Below, piece after piece: positions 16,856-25,300 of a stretch of 31,077 nucleotides of DNA. The stretch covers positions 1-31,077 of the forward strand of contig JBHLPA010000001.1 of assembly GCA_048939935.1 (NCBI GenBank). The letters are read 5' to 3'. This DNA comes from Promethearchaeota archaeon (GTDB lineage: Archaea > Asgardarchaeota > Thorarchaeia > Thorarchaeales > Thorarchaeaceae). A program made the position numbers and the translations under genes. Within the stretch, counting starts at the first letter, position 1; the number at the start of each line of letters is the position of its first letter. Under the pieces are notes generated by a model, which did not search any database, was not told the DNA's origin, and saw only the letters and a program-made list of their open reading frames with translations.

Positions 16856-17899
16856 GTGTGGTTTTTGACTGATGGAACATGTGAATCTCGTTTAACGAAT
16901 TCAAAATCGTGTCCTGACTGCGGTGGTTTTTTGGTTACCAGTCAAGGACATATTGTGTGTGCTGAATGTGGACTAGTACTCTCAAGAGAGTACGTCTTGC
17001 CAACGTATCAGATGGGAGAACGTCCCAGTGGTGATTCTCCTGATGCAAGCATGTATGTGTCTTTGGGAAATCGAATGCATATTGTTGATGGGCTTGGTAG
17101 TTACATAGGCTTTCACAAAGATCGATATTTTCAGGATTATCAAGGACATGCACTTTCTGGTAGAATGCAAAAGAAGTTCAAGCGTCTCAAGACAATATAT
17201 AGTACCAGAATTAGAATTGGAAAGAATGAGGCAAAGTATAGAGCTCTGCGGACCCTGAATCATGTATCAAAACTTCTTATGATTAATGAACAGGTTCGTG
17301 ATCGAACTGCCTATCTATACAAGAAAGTGGTGAATGAAACTGCAGGTAATATTAGCAATAACATACTATTGATAGCAGTCTGTCTTCTTATGGCTGTGAG
17401 AGAATTCAAAGATGAGGCCCCAATAACACTTGATGAAATAGCTGATGTGTTTGAGAAATGTGGACATCGAGTCAATGTACGGGCAATCGTACGAGAAGCA
17501 TTGAGACTCAAGTCACTCACAGGTTACTCACCGGAGATACGAAAACCAGAGGACTATGTTCCAAGAGTGATTTCAATGTTGATGAATAATTCAAAGGTGG
17601 TCAGTAAAGTGCAAGCACGTGGTTGGGATTTGAAGGATTTTGAGAATGCTCTTAGAAACAAGATACTGGAAGTTCTCAAGATGATACCAGCTTCAAAGCG
17701 AGGAGGAAGGAACCCGTTCATATTCACTGTTTCTGCAGCATATGCAAGTGATAGATTGATAGCTATGGAACACAGAAGACGAGCTGTTCTGACTCAGAAA
17801 CTTGCGTCTGCTGCAACAGAAGTAGCTGAGTACAGTATTAGAGACCACTTTGGGATGATGAAGAAAATCATTGAGGTGTCTCCAGCAACTATCCAATGA
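16856..17899 (+). CDS. tfb: Divergent transcription factor B (TFIIB family) paralogue
   Basis: Zn ribbon CPDCGG..CAECG, two cyclin-like repeats (VRDRTAYLYK; GRNPFIFTVSAAY) and C-terminal HTH TQKLASAATEVAEYSIRDHF. The canonical B-reader EWR motif is absent. The start could be TTG at 16865. Confidence 0.85.
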   Translation: MWFLTDGTCESRLTNSKSCPDCGGFLVTSQGHIVCAECGLVLSREYVLPTYQMGERPSGDSPDASMYVSLGNRMHIVDGLGSYIGFHKDRYFQDYQGHALSGRMQKKFKRLKTIYSTRIRIGKNEAKYRALRTLNHVSKLLMINEQVRDRTAYLYKKVVNETAGNISNNILLIAVCLLMAVREFKDEAPITLDEIADVFEKCGHRVNVRAIVREALRLKSLTGYSPEIRKPEDYVPRVISMLMNNSKVVSKVQARGWDLKDFENALRNKILEVLKMIPASKRGGRNPFIFTVSAAYASDRLIAMEHRRRAVLTQKLASAATEVAEYSIRDHFGMMKKIIEVSPATIQ

Positions 17900-17966
17900 T
17901 TTGGTCAATTCGTCTAGGAGGTTATCTAGCAATTTTCTGAATAGGAAATTGGAAAGAGGTGACTAG

Positions 17967-19649
17967 GTGAACGCAAAAATCCATGTGGTTCGTTGTCCCA
18001 GTGGACGTTGTGAAAAATGTCCTCAGAGAAAGGACAGTGGTTGCCAAAAACTCATGCATATCAATGAGCTAAAGGATATGAAGTCACAGGTGCTGTTGGT
18101 TGAACCCGAGAGAGGACTTCTTCATTTCTGTGAAGCAGGCAGTTTGAAACAATCTGAACCTTCGTGGATTACTGAGGGATGGGAAAGTGTATTCATTGGT
18201 ACTGATAGTGATTTGGTCCAAGAAGTGAATGACATAATTACTTTGTATAAAGTCGGACCTTATTTGTCTATATTCATGCTTGATGAGTATAAACAGGTAA
18301 CATACAATGCAGTCCCGATAGTAAGAACAGCTCTGGAACATTCACTTGTTGTCGATTTGATTCAAAAGTCAGTGCAGTTTAGTGATAAGTCATGTTGTGT
18401 AAGAGGAGATTATAATCAGAAGCTGAAACAGGACATTGATGATATCTCAAGGCATATTATGAATTCGATACCTGAGATGAATGAGAATACAAGAATCAGG
18501 CTCTCGGAAATTATTGCGTATCGTCGGAGCATCCTTGGAAAGATTATGCCAATAATTCTTGATGACTCAGTAGAGGAGATATACTTAGACCGACCTTATG
18601 CCCCCATTTATTTCGACCATCGGGAGAATGGTAGATGTGTCACTTCAATTTCATTCCAAGATGATGAAGTTCCAAATATAGTCACATTGATTCGATCTGA
18701 AAGTAATCTTCACTTGGATCGAAGTAATCCATCTCTTAAGATGGATTTCCAAATTGAGGATGCAGTTTTACGGTTTTCTGCAAGCATGCCGCCGCTTAGT
18801 CCCGATGGATTAAGCCTTGAGATACGTAGAGCTAGAAACAGTCCATTCACAATCAAAAACTTGATTGATAACGAAACACTGACTCCCGAAGCGGCGGCAG
18901 TTTTGCTTTTCGCAGTTTCTTGTAGATTCAATATCACTATTACCGGGGGTCCTGGGACTGGAAAGACAACCTTGTTGAACGCGTTGGATATGACAACCCC
19001 AAATTGGTGGCGAAAAATCTACATTGAGGATGCGATTGAGAGTAGAGATCAGGCGGCACATCATCAAGTTCGTTTTAGAGTAGATCCAATGGATGAGTTG
19101 TCAATGAAGTTTAGTAAAAGTGAGGAAATCATAAAATGTCTTCATAGATCACCAGATTATCTCATCCTTGGCGAAATTCAAACAGCTGAGCATAGTAGAG
19201 CATTATTTCAAGCAATAACAGCTGGTCTCCGTACTATCCAGACCTGTCATAGTGGATCAGCTGCAAGTCTTATTTCTAGGTGGAAACTTGGGCATGGTAT
19301 ACAGGATGATAATCTTGCTTTGATGGATGTTATTGTTACCCTCGACAGACCGAAGCCAGGCGAGTCAAAACGTAGAGTAAGTGAGATTATTGAAATACGA
19401 AGAAGAGAAGTAAATGGATTATTAGAATTCAACGGGTTGAATGTGATATATGATAGTAAGCTAGGAGTAGTCAGCAACTGGGCGAATGATGGAGCATTTA
19501 TGTCACGTGCAAGAGAATCTGGAGTTGAAAGCCATATTCCTGCTTTAAAGAACTTGATTCAGAATATTTGCCAAGACAATTATAAATCAAATCTTGGGAT
19601 GCTAAGTGAACTGATGTGGTCATACGGACATCCTATGTTGTATACTTGA
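17967..19649 (+). CDS. Secretion/pilus assembly ATPase, TadA/CpaF/VirB11/FlaI family
   Basis: EEIYLD, IRRAR, Walker A GGPGTGKTT, Asp box IEDAIE, Walker B RSPDYLILGEI, His box TCHS, RRVSEIIEI. Confidence 0.92.
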   Translation: MNAKIHVVRCPSGRCEKCPQRKDSGCQKLMHINELKDMKSQVLLVEPERGLLHFCEAGSLKQSEPSWITEGWESVFIGTDSDLVQEVNDIITLYKVGPYLSIFMLDEYKQVTYNAVPIVRTALEHSLVVDLIQKSVQFSDKSCCVRGDYNQKLKQDIDDISRHIMNSIPEMNENTRIRLSEIIAYRRSILGKIMPIILDDSVEEIYLDRPYAPIYFDHRENGRCVTSISFQDDEVPNIVTLIRSESNLHLDRSNPSLKMDFQIEDAVLRFSASMPPLSPDGLSLEIRRARNSPFTIKNLIDNETLTPEAAAVLLFAVSCRFNITITGGPGTGKTTLLNALDMTTPNWWRKIYIEDAIESRDQAAHHQVRFRVDPMDELSMKFSKSEEIIKCLHRSPDYLILGEIQTAEHSRALFQAITAGLRTIQTCHSGSAASLISRWKLGHGIQDDNLALMDVIVTLDRPKPGESKRRVSEIIEIRRREVNGLLEFNGLNVIYDSKLGVVSNWANDGAFMSRARESGVESHIPALKNLIQNICQDNYKSNLGMLSELMWSYGHPMLYT

Positions 19650-19681
19650 TAGGAGTAGTTCGAAACGCTCTTTTTGGGGGC

Positions 19682-19688
19682 TTTAAAA
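19682..19688 (+). promoter_or_regulatory. TATA box (TTTAAAA) of the prepilin gene
   Basis: 30 nt upstream of ATG 19718 and preceded by a T-run (about 19669-19675) that could terminate the ATPase transcript. Confidence 0.5.
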
Positions 19689-19717
19689 GGTGTCAGATAA
19701 ACATGAGTTCAAGGTGA

Positions 19718-19933
19718 ATGTCTTTGAAAAAGGATGATGGTCTTATTCGTAATGAGAGAGGAGGTCCTTTGGTGGAAGAAAGTCTTCTCCTTGGTCTTGC
19801 AGTGGTAACTGTTTCGATTGTAATAGCAGTCATCCTTCAAGCTACAGGATGGGCACAGGATGTTGTAAATGGACTTTTGCAACTCCTGCAAGATAGCTGG
19901 AGTAGTCTAACTCAATTGTTTGGTACACCTTGA
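19718..19933 (+). CDS. Flp-like type IV prepilin (class III signal peptide)
   Basis: Charged leader ending NERG, predicted cleavage G15|G16, Glu at +5 (GPLVE), about 22-residue hydrophobic helix, then an amphipathic helix. 71 aa, directly after the ATPase. Confidence 0.72.
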   Translation: MSLKKDDGLIRNERGGPLVEESLLLGLAVVTVSIVIAVILQATGWAQDVVNGLLQLLQDSWSSLTQLFGTP

Positions 19934-20016
19934 CATCTAATCCTTATTTTGGGGAAAGGCTTATTTGTGAATGTCCTGACGACCCCTCTCGCGCTCCGGA
20001 CTGGCTTTCGTTTACG

Positions 20017-20126
20017 GCTCCGGTAGAACATAGTATGTTTCTATACAATGATACCGATTGTAGTCCGGCCCAGCATGGGGGACTCTCGATCCCCCGACCC
20101 GGGTTCAAATCCCGGCCGGAGCACCA
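20017..20126 (+). tRNA. tRNA-Glu(CTC) with a 32-nt intron at position 10/11 (20027-20058), encoded CCA
   Basis: GCTCCGG/CCGGAGC acceptor, GGGGA-CT CTC GA-TCCCC (anticodon 20085-20087), CCGGG-TTCAAAT-CCCGG. Removing 20027-20058 restores the D-stem GTGT/GCAT. Perfect central helix CGGT/ACCG with 3-nt bulges AG|A and AT|T. Confidence 0.9.
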
Positions 20127-20136
20127 TTTCTAATTT

Positions 20137-22236
20137 TCATCCAACAAGGTATTTTCGTCGTAGAAATGGTACTATTGAGAGCCCAACAGATATAATGAGG
20201 ATCACTACTAGACCCGTAATACCCACTCCTTCTAATGACATGATATCAGATGATGAGATTTCAATTAAGAATGAGCCACTGGTCGCTTGGACTGATTCTA
20301 AATCTTCAGAATCGTATGACAAGAAATGGTTTCCAATTGTAGCAGGAATTTTGAGATGAAGTATGATAATTCCTCCTTCTTTGCTTTCAACTGTATCAAT
20401 AGAATCTAACCAATTGAAACTCACAGTGATTCCCTGTGGGGTTGATCCATTGAGGGCTGTAATTGTTATATGAACTGATAGTTCACGAAGTGGGGAGACT
20501 ATTTCGTAGAAATCTAGCTCAAGTCGTATGGGCATTTTATGAGTGACATAGAGACTGTAGTCTAATTTGGTTGCAAGCTCAAAGAGTGTGTTATTTCCAC
20601 TATATGATATAGAGATGTTGTATTGGTCTTCTAGGGATGGAGCTGAGAAAATCAGAGTCGTTCCGCCTGTGCTATTGGTATGAACTGAATGGTGACTCTC
20701 ACCATCAATTGAGAGTTGTATTTCTCTGAGTGATAAATTCCCAGCCCAGTCATTCATTTGAATCTTGAAGACTATTTCTTGGTCAGGTGAGGCATAGTGT
20801 TCGACATTACAAGCTACTAGTTGAATCTCAGGTTTAGACCATGCTGTAAAGTTACTGATCGAGCTGGTATCTAATATGAAAGGATTTCCAGTGAGTTCGA
20901 TTTTCAGATTATGAATTCCTGAAGGACCTTGCAGTTCATACTCAAAGATAGTAGTTATTTCACTCAGGCTGGAAGGTATTGTGAACCTTTGGTTTGATGT
21001 GATATCTAATATTGATATATCAAAATCTGGGATAAGACGATTTAGTAAGTCGGATACTGATACTTTAATCTCGAAAATCACACCAATTTCAACTGATTCT
21101 GGCAATGTCACGGTTAGTTGTACTGGAGTTAATATAGCGAGATCTGTTTCATAATATGATTCGGAGTGTCTTTCAGTTCCATTGTATTGTATTCTCAATG
21201 TATGAATACCAAGTGTGAATCTTTCATCAATATCGATTTGAAGATGAGCAATGCCCGAGCTGTTGGACTTGATATAGGAGAATAAGTTGTCATCCAGAGT
21301 GACTTCCAGAAACTCGTTTGGCAGTGAGTGGTCTGTATCTGAAAGTTCAATATATAGATTAAAGGATTCATCGAGCATTATTTCATCTGGATAACTACCT
21401 TGAGGTATGATTGAGGTAGGAATTTTCGATATATTGACTGTGAACATAGATTCTGATGAATCTAAGAAATTGTCTAAATCTTGGCTGTAAACCACGCGGA
21501 TGTTATTGTCCCCTAGTGTAATCCATGAACTGTTACACTCGATAGCAAAATGCGTTTCTCCTGAGGAATCAGTTTTGTTTTTCGCAAGTAAAATGGCATC
21601 CTTGAAAACGGCAATAGTTGCATCTGGAATAGAGCTAGATGAATCATCGGTTAGATGAACAGAAAAAGTCAACATATCACCAGGAGCAAGAATGTCTGAA
21701 ATTTGACTAATGTCAATGTTTGTCGAGGATACGATAGAAAGGAATGTCCATTGAGCAGAAGGTGCTAATGAGAGCGTATCATTACCATAGAAGGTTGCAT
21801 TAATCATCGTCATTCCAAGTGTATGATTCAAAGGAATAGACCATGATATCATTGCGACTCCATTTGTGTTTGTCTTAGCCGAACCAAGTGGAATATTGTA
21901 TGTCTGATCAAAGAAGAATATCCTTTGGTCTGGAACTGGATTCCCATAGCTGCCATTCTGAAGAAGTGTTGCTGTTATTGTGATTGTGGTTCCTCGAGCT
22001 ACCACTGTTTCTTCTTCTGCTACAACAGGTTCAGCACCGAATAATGTAACAGAAAGTGCTAGTAGAAAGATGAGCAATATCGAGACCAAATTTGATTTCC
22101 TGATGTTCTTTACCCCCTGAGGGAAGTTATATTCTGTTCTTTTCTGAGGATTCGTCACCAGTTCATCATTCGGTTTCTGGGTTTTTATTCTCCTATAGAA
22201 TGAATATTGTTGGGATGTTTGTTTAGGGGTGTTCAT
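20137..22236 (-). CDS. Membrane-anchored Ig-like repeat surface protein
   Basis: Signal-like KNIRKSNLVSILLIFLLALSVTLFGAEPVVA, repeated TxxxG.A motifs and LGxHxLxxxYxG strands, C-terminal TM GLVVILIISVGLSIVPFL followed by RRK. The start is uncertain (ATG 22236 or GTG 22158). The ORF-track start 22377 overlaps the divergent gene and is unlikely. Confidence 0.78.
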   Translation of the reverse strand: MNTPKQTSQQYSFYRRIKTQKPNDELVTNPQKRTEYNFPQGVKNIRKSNLVSILLIFLLALSVTLFGAEPVVAEEETVVARGTTITITATLLQNGSYGNPVPDQRIFFFDQTYNIPLGSAKTNTNGVAMISWSIPLNHTLGMTMINATFYGNDTLSLAPSAQWTFLSIVSSTNIDISQISDILAPGDMLTFSVHLTDDSSSSIPDATIAVFKDAILLAKNKTDSSGETHFAIECNSSWITLGDNNIRVVYSQDLDNFLDSSESMFTVNISKIPTSIIPQGSYPDEIMLDESFNLYIELSDTDHSLPNEFLEVTLDDNLFSYIKSNSSGIAHLQIDIDERFTLGIHTLRIQYNGTERHSESYYETDLAILTPVQLTVTLPESVEIGVIFEIKVSVSDLLNRLIPDFDISILDITSNQRFTIPSSLSEITTIFEYELQGPSGIHNLKIELTGNPFILDTSSISNFTAWSKPEIQLVACNVEHYASPDQEIVFKIQMNDWAGNLSLREIQLSIDGESHHSVHTNSTGGTTLIFSAPSLEDQYNISISYSGNNTLFELATKLDYSLYVTHKMPIRLELDFYEIVSPLRELSVHITITALNGSTPQGITVSFNWLDSIDTVESKEGGIIILHLKIPATIGNHFLSYDSEDLESVQATSGSFLIEISSSDIMSLEGVGITGLVVILIISVGLSIVPFLRRKYLVG

Positions 22237-22310
22237 ATGCTTAACGAGGGTACGATGGTTCGGTTCCGTAAGTGGCCATACTTGGAATAAGCATGATGAG
22301 GAGTTCATAA

Positions 22311-25300
22311 ATGCCATTTCACTTTGCACAACCAGAAGAAACAGGTTCGGGTTCTGAAAAGTTGTATAGAAGAACATGGATTGAATTACTCAGGATTGCT
22401 GGAGTAATGATTGCAGTATTCTATTTGTTGCTTGTCTATTTACTACCTTTGACTGGACTTGTTTCTCTACCGGTGGTTCCTTTCAAGGGATTCATTGAAG
22501 TGATAATTTGTAGTATTCCATTTGCTACAAGTCTGGTATTGACTGCTAGGAAAATTCGTCTTCAAAATCCATTGATTTGTATTGAAAGCAATACATTACT
22601 GATTCAGCTTGATGATCATGTTATTGGGACATGTTGTCTTGATATAGAATCTGTATCTGGTTCAGTATTATTAGATGAAAATGGGAAACCAAGGTATAAT
22701 GAAACTATGTTGTTAGCTATGCGTGCAGGAATGGACAAATCAGTCACGATGGCTTTTGAGGCGGGTGTAGAGAAAGGGGAACCATTTCTACATATCTTCA
22801 TAACCGCAATGGTGCACAGTCCAAATCATATTCAGGAAATTCTTAGAAGAGAAGCAACTAGAACTGAGGCAATTCTATTATCATCCCTACATAATGTGGA
22901 GATGCATCTTCTTGAGGGTGATTCACTACGAAATGCAATTCTGACTCATTTGAGTGGAGTTGGTATAGTAGATAATAATCTTAGTATCAATGAAGAAACA
23001 AAGTCAATGGGAGTATTGTTGCTTCAAGGAATGCCACGGTCATATCCAACTCAGGACTCATCTCAGATAGGGACCTTCATTTCCACAGCACTTAGACAAG
23101 GCTATGAAACAAGTATGACATGTGTGTTTTCAGCATCTAAGCCTGGTAAGGAGAAACGTGTACTTGAAAACAAGTGGAAAAGTATTCAGGCAAAAGAGAA
23201 ACGAAAGGAAGAATCATTGCAGGATTATGCCACAAAGAAGAAGCTTGTGTTTCGTTTTGAAGAAATTCAGGATTCATCTGGTTGGTTCGATACGACTGTG
23301 TATTTCAAAGTAAAAACATCGACAGAGAGTACCATTGAAGCAGATTTAGACGGAGTAAGTGGATTGGTTCTATCAATTTGGGGTGGTAGTGACTCCATCA
23401 GATTTGGTTCTGTGAAATTATCAAGAAGAACAATTTTTAGGATATTGAGTCGTCGTCATCTCAAACGTCAGCGAATGCATATAGTAAGATTATCATCATT
23501 TATCAATACCCCAATTCGACAGTTACCCGTAATCACTCCAAAACAAGCACCTGTATTCCCGGTCCCTCCAAAGGGAGTAGTGGATCACGAACTCGTTATT
23601 GGTGAAACTATCTTTGAAGGTCGTCGGCTGTCTAAAGTCGGATTAAAGACTGATTGGTTACGCGAACATGTTGCCATTCTTGGAGCAACGGGAACTGGGA
23701 AAACAACCTTAGTAAAACAGCTTATGGCACAACTTAGCGTGAAGACAGATGTACCATGGTGGATATTTGATGTAAAGGGTTCGGAGTACTTAGCTCTAAC
23801 GGATTATGGGGAGTCAGAGATAGTAGTCTTGAAACCTGGTCTAGATAGCTCTTTTTCGTTTAATCTAATCGACCCTGAGCTTATTGATGATGAGAACTAT
23901 ACTCATTCTACTTTTGTGATTCTAAGAGAGTTGCTGAATGAGAGAGGTGATTCTTCTGAGTTATCTCCAGCAATGGAGAAGCTGCTTCGTGATTCAGTGA
24001 TGCTCGTTATGGAGTCTGCAGACAGGGGTAATTCAGTTCGGTCTCTGGTTAGTGCTGTATCAGAACTTTCTAACAATGACCGTATAGGGAACATGACAAG
24101 AGACGCTTTACTCAATCGTCTTGAAATACTCACCCGTGAACCACTAGGCTCGATTCTTGGAGGAAAGCCAGAAACAATCCGATTCAAAGATCTGTTGGAT
24201 AGACGTGTAATCCTAGATCTCTCATACGTTGCACGTGTCGGAGGAATGGATTCTGCTAGATTCCTTTACAATCTTGTTGCAAAACGTATCTTTGATAGTG
24301 CCATGAAACGAGGCATTATTGAGGGCTTACACCATGTTGTGGTGTTGGAAGAAGCAAGTAATCTAGTACCAGAGAGCTATACAAGACACTCTGCAGCTGA
24401 TGTAACCACCGGGGAATCGATGGTGATGTTACAACGAGCAACAGGACAGGGAGTAATCGTGGTTTCGACTAGACCCAATATTTCCTCGAATATTCTGGCG
24501 AATACTTCGACAAAGATTTCTTTTCGATTGCCATATGATAGTCAGATTGGTGCAAGATTTCTCTCCTTGAACGAAAGACAAGAACAGTATCTTCGAACAT
24601 TGAAACGGGGTAGGGGTTTAATGAGCATACCCCACTCTGAAACTTTTGAGATTGTCACAGAAAGGTTTCATGAACCAAGAAAAGAAGATCGGACAGAATC
24701 TTCATCCATTGAAGATGTTCCAATTATAGAAAAACCTGTTTCTAGTAGAAAGGAAGATATGCCTATTACTGATTCAAAGATTAAAGAACCCGATGAAGTG
24801 CCAGAAAGTCAGACTCTTGTGTTCAATAGAATTGATAGACTTGGAAGTCATGTTGTAGCATTTCTAGCGTCAGAAGGATGGGCAACAGAAAGAGAGATTT
24901 GTAATCTACTATCTGTCCTAGATTCTAGGGTTGCAGATGATGATATTTCTGAAGTTATTCGTAATCTAGTATCGCTGGGAAGTGTAGAGAGAGAAGCACT
25001 ATCTCTTGTTGATGGGGGTTTTGTATATACTCTTCCTGGAAAAGCCATGGTTGCTATCAGACAAATAATTATTGAATATATTTCTGGAAAACTTGGGATT
25101 GAGTATAACCCCGTTACTATATCTGATAATCCTGATTGGCCAGATATTGTATTCGAAGACAAGGCGGTAGTTATCATTCCTGAACATTTGAGAGCGTCAA
25201 CAATTAGCTTGACTTTAGATTTGATAAGAAATAAAATGAGCAAGCTTCAGAATGGTGTAAGTGAGCTTTTCGTAGTCGTAAGAGGTAGTGTTGCAGCCGC

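Noticed and set aside
22237-22377. N-terminal extension of the 746-aa ORF (also 16204-16251 and 16278-16325 of neighbouring ORFs)
   Set aside because: These extensions overlap divergent genes or promoters and precede the signal-peptide-like or SD-supported starts, so downstream starts are preferred.
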